Positions 17,168-25,690 of a stretch of DNA of 29,750 nucleotides are shown one piece after another (position 1 is the stretch's first letter; each line of letters starts with the position of its first letter). Source of the stretch: Acutalibacteraceae bacterium (lineage in GTDB: Bacteria; Bacillota; Clostridia; Oscillospirales; Acutalibacteraceae); contig JAZUJG010000094.1 of NCBI GenBank assembly GCA_045642645.1, positions 1-29,750 on the forward strand, written 5' to 3'. The notes beneath the pieces are model-generated. The model worked only from the letters and a program-made list of their open reading frames with translations. It was not told where the DNA came from and ran no database searches. The position numbers were made by a program, and so were the translations under genes.

Positions 17168-17620
17168 ATGAAAGAAAACACATTTTCTCTTAAATTTACG
17201 ATTGGCGTTGTAAAGGCGATAAGCATTATTTTTATTGCACTCATTTTCTCATTTTGGAAGTTGGCGGAATTATACTGCAAATTCGCTTATGTAAGTTTTA
17301 ACCACGATAATTACCTTGCTCTTGTTATTACGTTTTACATTTGTTCCCCCATGGCAGCACTTGTACTTTTTAATCTTCACAAGTTTTTGAAGAATGTGCA
17401 AAAGGGCAGCATTTTCACGACAGAAAACACAAAAATACTCAGGCTGTTGTCTTATCTTTGTTTTGCGGCAGTTCCTGCATCAATTCCGCTTTGCTTTTTC
17501 TTTGCGGGTGCGTTCCCCATACCTTGTTCAGCCGGGTTTATGGCATTGATTTTACGAGTACTGAAAAATGTTTTCGCCGAAGGCTGCATAATTAAAGATG
17601 AAAACGACTTGACTGTTTGA
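17168..17620 (+). CDS. DUF2975 family membrane protein
   Basis: 150 aa, about 4 TM; FLKNVQKGSIFTTENTKILR and the C-terminal IKDENDLTV signature. Confidence 0.88.
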   Translation: MKENTFSLKFTIGVVKAISIIFIALIFSFWKLAELYCKFAYVSFNHDNYLALVITFYICSPMAALVLFNLHKFLKNVQKGSIFTTENTKILRLLSYLCFAAVPASIPLCFFFAGAFPIPCSAGFMALILRVLKNVFAEGCIIKDENDLTV

Positions 17621-17629
17621 GGTGGCAAT

Positions 17630-17860
17630 ATGGCAATTATAGTTAATGTAGATGTTATGCTTGCCAAAAGGAAAATGTCATCACAAACGCTTGCTGCGCG
17701 AGTGGGTATAACGCAGGCTAATCTCTCGATATTAAAAACGGGTAAAGCGAAGGCTGTACGCTTTTCAACACTTTCGGCAATTTGCCGTGAGCTCAACTGT
17801 CAGCCGGGTGATATTCTTGAATACACCGAAGACGACGGAACGGAGGATTATGATGGATAA
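17630..17860 (+). CDS. Cro/C1-type HTH transcriptional regulator (YozG-like)
   Basis: 76 aa; MAIIVNVDVMLAKRKM...LSILKTGKAKAVRFSTL..ICREL.CQPGDILEY. Confidence 0.92.
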   Translation: MAIIVNVDVMLAKRKMSSQTLAARVGITQANLSILKTGKAKAVRFSTLSAICRELNCQPGDILEYTEDDGTEDYDG

Positions 17861-19847
17861 TAGTGCTGTGACTCACGATACACAAGGCAATTTTCAATAT
17901 AACAAACCGCAGAAAAAAACAGTAAAGCTTGATAAAAAAGATTCTGTTTTCTTTATTATTCTTGCCGTTCTTACATTCTGTGATTTGTTTCTCGGTGTAT
18001 TTTGCGAATTTAGTTTGGGTTTTTCGATTTTTTCTGTTCTTTTTACAGTGGCATCGTATGTGTATATTTATAAAAAGAAAAGCAAAATTAGTTTTTATTC
18101 AAAATTCATATTTGTACTCGCAATATTGCTTGAACTGTCATTTGCTTTTAATGATGACACAACGGTGAAATTTTTAGATGTTATCGCGCTGGGATTTCTG
18201 TATATAACCTTTACCGCCGATGAATGTGGATCTCTTACCTGTAAAGACGGCAAATATATGGCACTTTTTGAGCCGATTGTCAACGCAATTACGAAAGTAA
18301 TCGATTATTTCACATTACCGGTCAATTCTCTTAAAAAGGCTGAAAAAGAGGGGAACAAGAGCCCTGTAATACGCATTGCACTCGGCTTACTAATTGCAAT
18401 ACCGCTGCTTGCCGTGATTTTACCGCTGCTTATTGAATCGGATATAGCGTTTTCTTCACTTGTTTCAAAATTGTTTGAAGATGTTTCAACGGTTATCGGC
18501 AGCCTTGTGCTATCGGCTTTGGTTTTTCCGTTCGTATTCATCTATCTTTTTGCAGAAAGAAAATGCGGTACTGAAAATAATAAGGTGTTTATAAGTAAGC
18601 AGGGCAGTATATCTCCCGCCACGCTGAACACGGTTCTTTGTTGTGTATGCGCTGCTTATATTATTTATCTTATTTCTCAGCTCGCTTATATTTCCGATGC
18701 ATTTGCATTTATACTGCCCGACAATTTCACGAAGGCGCAGTTTGCAAGAAGCGGCTTTTTTGAAATGAGCGCAATAGCTTTTATAAATGTTTTGATTATC
18801 GGTATTGTCGGCAATCTTGTTAAACATAACGAAAATGGCAATTTACACGGTTTTACAAAGATATTGCTTGTGTTTATAAATGTTTTCTCGCAATTCTATA
18901 TTATCACCGCTTTCATCAAAATGGCGCAGTATATCAGCGCTTTCGGCTTAACAAGGCTGAGAGTTCTTACAAGTGTTTTTATGGTTATGCTGTTCGTGAT
19001 ATTTACGGTAATTCTATTGAGTCTTTTTGTTAAAAAGATACCCTACGGAAAAGCGATAATAATTATAGCTGCTTTTACACTTCTTTCTGTTTCGATTTGT
19101 GATATAAACTATATAATAGCCGAACACAATTACGAACGCTATGCAGTCGACGGCAAAGAGCTCGACTTGAATGAATACACCGAATTGGGTGTTTCCGGAT
19201 ATTGGCAGTTATATGAAATAATTAAAATTGGTGATGAAAAATACAGCAGTAAAGCCGAGTATATTCTTTTGGAAGATGCTCAGATGAGGTTTGATTTTAA
19301 CAGCGAAAACTATAATAAAAATCATCGCAGTATATACGATATTTTCAGATTTAATACAACTAAATTCAAAGCTTTGAAGATTGTCGATGAATTGCGCAAT
19401 ACTTATACCGAGGCAGATATTGACGAAATTTACAACAAACATTCTATGTATGATTATGCTGCCGACGGAATATATGAGTTTTTGCCTTATGATTCCGTTA
19501 TTGAACAGAGTGTTACATACGATAATTTGGGCGAGATCGACATATATTACAATAAATACACATTTAAAGAATCAGAATTTGAATTCTCGGATTACGATTA
19601 TTGCATGGCAAAAGTCAATGATGAAAACATCGCTGATTTTAAAAAATCATTATCGGAATTTGAAAAGTATGTTGCGGAAAGTGATAAAATTTTAAGAGTG
19701 TACGATTTTGATAAATCCATATTAAGCGAAAATGATTATTTCGGAAAGAATTTTTACGCACAGGGGAGTTTTGAAAATTTACAGTTCGTACTGTATGATG
19801 CCGAAACGGGAATAATATATTATTTCAAGTTTGAACGAAATATGTGA
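17853..19847 (+). CDS. DUF4153/DUF4173 family polytopic membrane protein
   Basis: 664 aa from the ATG at 17853 (GGAGG at 17842-17846; 17850 also possible); more than 10 TM; AQFARSGFFEM, YISAFGLTRLRV; soluble acidic/aromatic C-terminal extension. Confidence 0.8.
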   Translation: MDNSAVTHDTQGNFQYNKPQKKTVKLDKKDSVFFIILAVLTFCDLFLGVFCEFSLGFSIFSVLFTVASYVYIYKKKSKISFYSKFIFVLAILLELSFAFNDDTTVKFLDVIALGFLYITFTADECGSLTCKDGKYMALFEPIVNAITKVIDYFTLPVNSLKKAEKEGNKSPVIRIALGLLIAIPLLAVILPLLIESDIAFSSLVSKLFEDVSTVIGSLVLSALVFPFVFIYLFAERKCGTENNKVFISKQGSISPATLNTVLCCVCAAYIIYLISQLAYISDAFAFILPDNFTKAQFARSGFFEMSAIAFINVLIIGIVGNLVKHNENGNLHGFTKILLVFINVFSQFYIITAFIKMAQYISAFGLTRLRVLTSVFMVMLFVIFTVILLSLFVKKIPYGKAIIIIAAFTLLSVSICDINYIIAEHNYERYAVDGKELDLNEYTELGVSGYWQLYEIIKIGDEKYSSKAEYILLEDAQMRFDFNSENYNKNHRSIYDIFRFNTTKFKALKIVDELRNTYTEADIDEIYNKHSMYDYAADGIYEFLPYDSVIEQSVTYDNLGEIDIYYNKYTFKESEFEFSDYDYCMAKVNDENIADFKKSLSEFEKYVAESDKILRVYDFDKSILSENDYFGKNFYAQGSFENLQFVLYDAETGIIYYFKFERNM

Positions 19848-19854
19848 TTACCTA

Positions 19855-19882
19855 TTGACATTTGACTATTTGGTGCTAAAAT
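19855..19882 (+). promoter_or_regulatory. sigmaA promoter of the FMN riboswitch/ribU
   Basis: TTGACA (19855-19860), 16 nt, TGc-TAAAAT (19877-19882). Confidence 0.75.
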
Positions 19883-19892
19883 GTATACAAAT

Positions 19893-20000
19893 GAAACTTC
19901 AGGGCGAGGTGAAATTCCTCACCGGCAGTATAGTCTGCGAGCCTTACGGCTGATCGGGTGCAATTCCCGAACCGACGGTATAGTCCGGATGGAAGAATGT
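19893..20000 (+). ncRNA. FMN riboswitch (RFN element)
   Basis: CTTCAGGGCGAGGTGAAATTCCTCACCGGCAGTATAGTCTGCGAG...TGATCGGGTGCAATTCCCGAACCGACGGTATAGTCCGGATGGAAGAA matches the RFN consensus segments; lies upstream of an ECF S component. Confidence 0.96.
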
Positions 20001-20020
20001 TTCGCATCATTCTGTGATTT

Positions 20021-20049
20021 TCGCCCTGTTTTTTCAGGGCGATTTTTTT
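20021..20049 (+). terminator. riboswitch-controlled intrinsic terminator
   Basis: TCGCCCTG-tttttt-CAGGGCGA followed by TTTTTTT. Confidence 0.9.
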
Positions 20050-20063
20050 ACGGGGTGATTAGC

Positions 20064-20633
20064 TTGTCAAAGCGCAATAAACTTTCTACTCGGCAGAAAA
20101 TACAGCAGATAACCGTTGCGGCGATATTCACGGCAATCTCATTTTTACTTATGCTTCTGTTCAGAATACCGCTGTTTACATCTTTTTACGAGCTTGAATT
20201 CTCGGATTTTCCGCTGCTGATGTGCGCATTTGTCGTAAGCCCTGCATACTCAATGGTCTCACTTTTCATTGTCAGCATTTTACAGATGCTCACCGTCAGC
20301 TCATTCAGCGGAATAATAGGCTTTATAATGCACTTTGTTTCTTCTTCGGCAATGATTTTGCTTGTTTATTTTATAAAGAAACACTTAAACGGCATAAAAG
20401 GTGTAATTATTTCGGCAATTGCGGGCACTATTATTATGACGGCTGTTATGATACCCATGAATATATGGCTTGCTTCCGAGTTTATGCAGCTGCCTGCAAA
20501 AGAATTTATCAGCGGATACATTGGCGTTTGCATAGCGTTTAATGTAATCAAATCATTCGCAAACATCATCTTGTTTAATATTTTATACCCCGTAATCATA
20601 AAACAATATAACAAATTGTTTAATAAAAAGTAA
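20064..20633 (+). CDS. ribU: ECF transporter S component, riboflavin-specific (RibU)
   Basis: 189 aa from the TTG at 20064 (GGGGTG at 20052-20057); FRIPLF..FYELEFSDFP, AFNVIK; about 6 TM; FMN riboswitch upstream. Confidence 0.88.
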   Translation: MSKRNKLSTRQKIQQITVAAIFTAISFLLMLLFRIPLFTSFYELEFSDFPLLMCAFVVSPAYSMVSLFIVSILQMLTVSSFSGIIGFIMHFVSSSAMILLVYFIKKHLNGIKGVIISAIAGTIIMTAVMIPMNIWLASEFMQLPAKEFISGYIGVCIAFNVIKSFANIILFNILYPVIIKQYNKLFNKK

Positions 20634-20669
20634 AATATATTCAGGTGAGCTGTTTATTTACCAAAACTA

Positions 20670-20698
20670 TTGACAAAACGTGTTAAACTGAATAAAAT
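20670..20698 (+). promoter_or_regulatory. sigmaA promoter of the ACP-like/proS operon
   Basis: TTGACA (20670-20675), 17 nt, TAAAAT (20693-20698). Confidence 0.8.
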
Positions 20699-20744
20699 TT
20701 TATACGGCTATCAGCTCAATTTAATATTTGGAGTGATTCTTTTA

Positions 20745-20978
20745 ATGGTGTTCGAGAAAGTCAAACGAATTCTTTGTGAGGAATTTGATGTTGACGAATC
20801 TGAAATCTCACTTTCCGCAACACTTGAAGGCGATTTTGATATTGACCGCGAAACGGATATTTACGATCTTGTTATGTCGCTTGAGGATGAATTCAGCATT
20901 GAAATAACCGATGAAGCTCTTGAAGAAATCTCAACATTGGGTGACCTTATAAGCTACATCGAAGAAAACATTGAATAA
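20745..20978 (+). CDS. acyl-carrier-protein-like protein lacking the phosphopantetheine serine
   Basis: 77 aa from the ATG at 20745 (GGAGTG RBS); MVFEKVKRIL..EF.VDE.EI...LVMSLEDEF.IEITDE..E.I.TLGDL..YI, very acidic; DSLD appears as DRETD. Confidence 0.85.
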   Translation: MVFEKVKRILCEEFDVDESEISLSATLEGDFDIDRETDIYDLVMSLEDEFSIEITDEALEEISTLGDLISYIEENIE

Positions 20979-20990
20979 GAGGATTTTAAA

Positions 20991-22430
20991 ATGGCAGAAC
21001 AGAAAAAAATGGTAGAAGCGATAACCTCTATGGAGGATGACTTCGCACAATGGTACACCGATGTTGTAAAAAAAGCAGACCTTGTTGACTATTCAAGCGT
21101 CAAGGGCTGTATGATAATTCGCCCCTACGGCTACGCTATATGGGAGAATATACAGAAAATTCTTGACACCCGTTTCAAAGAAACCGGTCACGAAAATGTA
21201 TATATGCCCGTATTTATTCCCGAAAGCCTTTTACAGAAAGAAAAAGACCATGTTGAAGGCTTTGCACCCGAGGTTGCCTGGGTTACTCACGGCGGCAACG
21301 ATTTGCTTGAAGAAAGACTTTGCGTAAGACCTACATCCGAAACGCTTTTCTGCGAGCATTATGCAAAAATAGTTCAGTCATACAGAGATTTGCCGAAGCT
21401 CTATAACCAGTGGTGCAATGTTGTCCGCTGGGAAAAGACAACCCGTCCGTTCCTGCGTACACGCGAATTTTTGTGGCAGGAGGGTCACACAGTACACGCC
21501 ACCGCAGAGGAAGCGGTCGAAGAAACCGAGCGTATGCTCAATGTTTACGCCGATTTCTGCAAAAAGTCACTTTGTATGCCGGTAGTTAAAGGCAAAAAGA
21601 CCGAGAGCGACAAATTTGCAGGCGCAGTTGCTACATACGCCATTGAGGCGCTTATGCACGACGGCAAGGCGTTGCAGGCAGGTACTTCTCACTATTTCGG
21701 CGACGGCTTTGCAAGGGCATTCAATATGACCTTCCAAGACAAAGATAATAAACTTCAGTATGTTCACCAGACCTCGTGGGGTACGACAACACGCCTTATA
21801 GGTGCTGTTATTATGTCACATGGAGATAACAACGGTCTTGTATTGCCGCCGGATATTGCCCCGATTCAAGTCGTAATCGTTCCCATTGCGCAGCACAAGG
21901 AAGGTGTGCTTGATAAAGCCTGCGAACTCAAAGACAAACTCGCAAAGTCATTCAGAGTAAAAATCGATGCAAGCGAACAGTCGGCAGGTTGGAAATTTGC
22001 CGAATACGAGATGAAGGGCGTGCCCATTCGTCTTGAAATCGGTCCCAAAGATATCGAAAATAATCAGTGCGTACTTGTAAGACGCGACAACCGCGAAAAG
22101 ATTTTCGTTTCACTCGATAACCTTGAAGATGGCATACAGAAAGCTCTTGATGCTTTTGCAGAAGCTATTTACAACAAAGCACTCGACAACCTTAATAACA
22201 GAACATTTGCCTGCACAAGCCTTGATGAAATCACCGAAAAGCTCAATGCAAACGGTGACGGATTTGTTAAAGCCATGTGGTGCGGCAGCGAAGAATGCGA
22301 AGATAAAATCAAGGAGCTTACAGGTGTCGGCTCACGCTGTATTCCATTTGAGCAGGAAAAACTTGCAGATACCTGCATCTGCTGCGGCAAACCCGCCGAG
22401 TGTATGGTATATTGGGGCAAGGCATATTGA
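20991..22430 (+). CDS. proS: proline--tRNA ligase (archaeal/eukaryote-like type, no insertion editing domain)
   Basis: 479 aa; [50 protein letters not shown]-terminal Cys motifs and terminal AY. Confidence 0.97.
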   Translation: MAEQKKMVEAITSMEDDFAQWYTDVVKKADLVDYSSVKGCMIIRPYGYAIWENIQKILDTRFKETGHENVYMPVFIPESLLQKEKDHVEGFAPEVAWVTHGGNDLLEERLCVRPTSETLFCEHYAKIVQSYRDLPKLYNQWCNVVRWEKTTRPFLRTREFLWQEGHTVHATAEEAVEETERMLNVYADFCKKSLCMPVVKGKKTESDKFAGAVATYAIEALMHDGKALQAGTSHYFGDGFARAFNMTFQDKDNKLQYVHQTSWGTTTRLIGAVIMSHGDNNGLVLPPDIAPIQVVIVPIAQHKEGVLDKACELKDKLAKSFRVKIDASEQSAGWKFAEYEMKGVPIRLEIGPKDIENNQCVLVRRDNREKIFVSLDNLEDGIQKALDAFAEAIYNKALDNLNNRTFACTSLDEITEKLNANGDGFVKAMWCGSEECEDKIKELTGVGSRCIPFEQEKLADTCICCGKPAECMVYWGKAY

Positions 22431-22440
22431 TTGTAAATTT

Positions 22441-22476
22441 AAAAGAACGGTTTTCGTTTTCGGAAACCGTTCTTTT
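22441..22476. terminator. bidirectional intrinsic terminator (proS / dapA)
   Basis: AAAAGAACGGTTTtcg-tttt-cggAAACCGTTCTTTT, about 16-bp stem with A/T tails on both sides. Confidence 0.9.
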
Positions 22477-22494
22477 CATTATTTCTTATTCAAA

Positions 22495-23397
22495 TCAAAA
22501 CATTTTAATAATACCGTGTTTTTTCAATGTTTGTTTAAGTACATTTAATTTTTCGTCATCTAATTCTGTCAATGGCAGTCTGCCTGTGCCGACATTATAT
22601 CCCATAAGCTCCAAGGCTGCTTTTACGGGAATCGGGTTAACATCACAAAACAAAGTATTGCACAGGTCCAAATATTCTGTCTGCAGCTCTGCGCTTGCTT
22701 TAAAATTGCCATTTAGGGCATATTCTGCAATTTTGTGGGTCACGGCAGGAACTATATTGGATAAAACTGAAATCACGCCTACGGCGCCCAAAGACATAAA
22801 AGATGTTATCTGGTCATCATTACCCGTATAATAATTCAGCTTATCGCCGCATAGCGAAACTGTTTTGGCAAATGCGGAAATATCCCCATTGGCTTCTTTA
22901 ATACCGTTGATATGGTGCAATTCCGAAAGAGCGGCATATGTTTCCGGTTTGATATTTACACCTGTTCTTGATGGAACATTGTAGAGAATAACAGGGGAGG
23001 ACACCCGCTTTTCGATATAGGTAAAAGAATCTATCAATCCTTGCTGTGAACATTTATTATAATACGGTGTAACCATTAAAAGACCGTCAACCCCCAACTT
23101 TTCAGCTTCATTGGAGAGTTTGACGGCCTTTTGAGTATCATTACTTCCCGTGCCCGCAATCACGGGCACTCTTTTGGATGCGGAGCTGACCGCAGCGCGA
23201 ATCAGCTCGTAGTTTTCGGCATCGGCAAGCGTTGACTTTTCACCGGTGGTGCCGCAAACAATAATTGCATCCGTTCCGTTATTTATTTGTTCTTCAATAA
23301 GAGTTTCAAACAGACTGTAATTGATTTTTTCAAGATCCTTGCCGGTAAATGGTGTGACAATAGCACAACCGGCTCCCGTGAAAACAGGCTTTTTCAC
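22495..23397 (-). CDS. dapA: 4-hydroxy-tetrahydrodipicolinate synthase
   Basis: 300 aa, GTG start after GGAGG; GTTGE, VIAGTGSN, VTPYYNK, LYNVPSRTG, GIKEA, NPIPVK. Confidence 0.96.
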   Translation of the reverse strand: MKKPVFTGAGCAIVTPFTGKDLEKINYSLFETLIEEQINNGTDAIIVCGTTGEKSTLADAENYELIRAAVSSASKRVPVIAGTGSNDTQKAVKLSNEAEKLGVDGLLMVTPYYNKCSQQGLIDSFTYIEKRVSSPVILYNVPSRTGVNIKPETYAALSELHHINGIKEANGDISAFAKTVSLCGDKLNYYTGNDDQITSFMSLGAVGVISVLSNIVPAVTHKIAEYALNGNFKASAELQTEYLDLCNTLFCDVNPIPVKAALELMGYNVGTGRLPLTELDDEKLNVLKQTLKKHGIIKMF

Positions 23398-23424
23398 AGA
23401 AAGACCTCCAAAAATTATTTATTA

Positions 23425-24507
23425 TCAGTCCATATATCCTTCAGCACAAAGTAATTCAGCAAGAAGCACCGCGCCGCCCGCAGCACCGCGCAGGGTGTTA
23501 TGAGCAAGACATACGAACTTATAATCAAACTGCGAATCCTCGCGAAGTCTGCCGATAGAAACCGCCATACCGTTTTCAAGATTCCTGTGGAGCTTTGTCT
23601 GCGGGCAGTTATCCTCGGTAAAGTAATGCAGGAACTGCTTTGGTGCGCTCGGAAGCTCAAGTTCCTGAGCTCTGCCCTTAAAATTCTGCCAGCATTCGAT
23701 CATTTCCTCGGCAGTGGGTTTGTTCTCAAATCTTACGAATACAGCACCCATATGACCGTCTGTAACAGGAACGCGAATGCACTGAGCGGTAAAGTGGGGC
23801 TCGGCAGCGGGTACAATTTCGTCACCGACGATTTTGCCCCAAAGTTTAAGGGGTTCTTTCTCGCTTTTTTCTTCTTCGCCGCCAATGAAGGGGATGACAT
23901 TATCAACCATCTCGGGCCATCTTTCAAAGGTTTTGCCTGCGCCGGAAATAGCCTGATAAGTACAAACAACAACATCTTTAACTTTATATTTGTCATGAAG
24001 CGGGAAAAGTGCCGGAACATAAGCCTGCAGTGAGCAGTTGGATTTAACCGCGATAAATCCGCGCTTTGTTCCGAGGCGTTTTCTCTGCGACTTGATGATT
24101 TCAATATGCTCGGGATTGAGCTCGGGAACTACCATGGGAACATCGGCAGTCATTCTGTGAGCGCTGTTATTGGAAACAACAGGGCATTCTGCCTTGGCAT
24201 ATTTTTCTTCAAGAGCTTTTGTTTCGGCTTTGGTGAGATTAACCGCACAGAAAACAAAATCAACCTTTGAAACGATTTCTTCAATATCGTTTTCGGCATC
24301 GTAAATCTTCATATCGAGATATTTTTCGGGAGTGGGCTCGGTCATGCACCAACGAGAGCCTAAAGCCTCTTTATATGTAAGACCGGCTGAACGGGAGCTT
24401 GCGGCAAGTACTGTTACATCAAACCAAGGGTGATTTGCGAGCAGTAATGCAAAACGCTGACCTACCATACCGGTTGCACCGATAATACCGACTTTGTATT
24501 TTTTCAT
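23425..24507 (-). CDS. asd: aspartate-semialdehyde dehydrogenase
   Basis: 360 aa from the ATG at 24507 (GGAGGG RBS); GIIGATGMVGQRF, SNCS, TYQAISGAG, CIRVPVTDGH, HNTLRGAAG. Confidence 0.96.
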   Translation of the reverse strand: MKKYKVGIIGATGMVGQRFALLLANHPWFDVTVLAASSRSAGLTYKEALGSRWCMTEPTPEKYLDMKIYDAENDIEEIVSKVDFVFCAVNLTKAETKALEEKYAKAECPVVSNNSAHRMTADVPMVVPELNPEHIEIIKSQRKRLGTKRGFIAVKSNCSLQAYVPALFPLHDKYKVKDVVVCTYQAISGAGKTFERWPEMVDNVIPFIGGEEEKSEKEPLKLWGKIVGDEIVPAAEPHFTAQCIRVPVTDGHMGAVFVRFENKPTAEEMIECWQNFKGRAQELELPSAPKQFLHYFTEDNCPQTKLHRNLENGMAVSIGRLREDSQFDYKFVCLAHNTLRGAAGGAVLLAELLCAEGYMD

Positions 24508-24535
24508 AACTATCCCTCCGGATATAAAATAATAC

Positions 24536-24564
24536 TTGTAAAAGCGTGGTAAATGAATTATAAT
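24536..24564 (+). promoter_or_regulatory. sigmaA promoter of queA-tgt
   Basis: TTGTAA (24536-24541), 17 nt, TATAAT (24559-24564). Confidence 0.65.
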
Positions 24565-24587
24565 GATACTCGCTTTACTGAATTTAT

Positions 24588-24616
24588 ATAATACCATTTA
24601 TATTCAATTTAGTCAA
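24588..24616 (-). promoter_or_regulatory. sigmaA promoter (extended -10) of asd-dapA
   Basis: minus strand TTGACT (24616-24611), 17 nt, TGg-TATTAT (24593-24588). Confidence 0.75.
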
Positions 24617-24649
24617 TTATTATTTAACATAATTTTTAAGAGGCCAAAA

Positions 24650-25681
24650 ATGAACAAATCCGACTTTTTTTACGATTTACCGGAAGAACTGATTGCACAG
24701 CACCCGCTTGAGCCGCGCGACAGTTCACGCATGCTCGTTATGCACAAAGGCAATAATAAACTTGAGCACCGTCACTTTTATAATATATGCGAGTACCTTC
24801 GCCCGGGTGACTGCCTTATTTTAAACAACACCCGCGTACTCCCGGCGAGGTTATACGGCATAAAAGAGGGCACAGGCGCCAATGTGGAATTTTTGCTTTT
24901 GAATATGGTCGAAAAGGATGTATGGGAAACGCTTGCGGGTCCCGGCAAACGCGCTAAAGAGGGGACAACATTCATTTTCGGAAACGGATTATTGAAGGGA
25001 ACAGTCGAAAAGGTGCTTGATACCGGTAACAGAATTGTCCGTTTCACCTATGCGGCAGGTGAAAACTTCTACACGATTCTCGATAAAATCGGTCAGATGC
25101 CGCTGCCGCATTACATAACCGAAGAATTAAAAGACAATGAACGTTATCAGACGGTTTACTCAAAGGAGCTCGGCTCAGCCGCAGCACCGACCGCAGGCTT
25201 ACATTTCACACCCGAGCTTCTCCAAAAAATCAGCGATATGGGTGTTAATATCGGCTATGTTACGCTTCACGTGGGACTCGGTACATTCAGGCCCGTAAAA
25301 GCCGAAAAAATCGAAGACCACCACATGCACTCAGAGCATTATCATCTGCCGAAAGAAACGGCGGAACTTATAAACAGAACAAAGCAGAACGGCGGCAGGG
25401 TAATTGCCGTAGGCACCACAAGCTGCCGCACACTCGAATCCGCCGCCACATTCTGCGGTGAAATTCGCGAGGATGACAGATTCACGGATATTTTCATCTA
25501 TCCCGGCTATAAATTCAAATGTATCGACGGTCTTATCACCAATTTCCATTTGCCCGAAAGCACGCTCATAATGCTTGTTTCGGCATTTTACGGCTATGAA
25601 AAAACAATGGAAGCATATAAAATCGCCGTCAGGGAAAAATACAGATTTTTCTCATTCGGCGATGCCACTCTGATTATATAG
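24650..25681 (+). CDS. queA: S-adenosylmethionine:tRNA ribosyltransferase-isomerase
   Basis: 343 aa from the ATG at 24650; [78 protein letters not shown]. Confidence 0.97.
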   Translation: MNKSDFFYDLPEELIAQHPLEPRDSSRMLVMHKGNNKLEHRHFYNICEYLRPGDCLILNNTRVLPARLYGIKEGTGANVEFLLLNMVEKDVWETLAGPGKRAKEGTTFIFGNGLLKGTVEKVLDTGNRIVRFTYAAGENFYTILDKIGQMPLPHYITEELKDNERYQTVYSKELGSAAAPTAGLHFTPELLQKISDMGVNIGYVTLHVGLGTFRPVKAEKIEDHHMHSEHYHLPKETAELINRTKQNGGRVIAVGTTSCRTLESAATFCGEIREDDRFTDIFIYPGYKFKCIDGLITNFHLPESTLIMLVSAFYGYEKTMEAYKIAVREKYRFFSFGDATLII

Positions 25682-25690
25682 GTGTTTCTT

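Noticed and set aside
19881-20063. N-terminal extension of the S-component ORF (250-aa call)
   Set aside because: It translates through the FMN riboswitch and terminator; the TTG at 20064 has a proper RBS and gives a normal 189-aa RibU.
20670-20744. Longer 102-aa ACP start at TTG 20670
   Set aside because: That TTG is the -35 box TTGACA; the ATG at 20745 has an RBS and matches ACP length.
24508-24649. Extended starts for asd (24597) and queA (24563)
   Set aside because: Both extensions run across promoter DNA; homology-consistent starts are 24507 and 24650.
24622-24649. ATTTAACATAA, identical to the XerD-binding arm of E. coli dif (similar TTATGTCAAAT at 1564-1574)
   Set aside because: The partner arm across a 6-bp spacer lacks the symmetric inner ATAA in both cases, so neither is a credible dif site.
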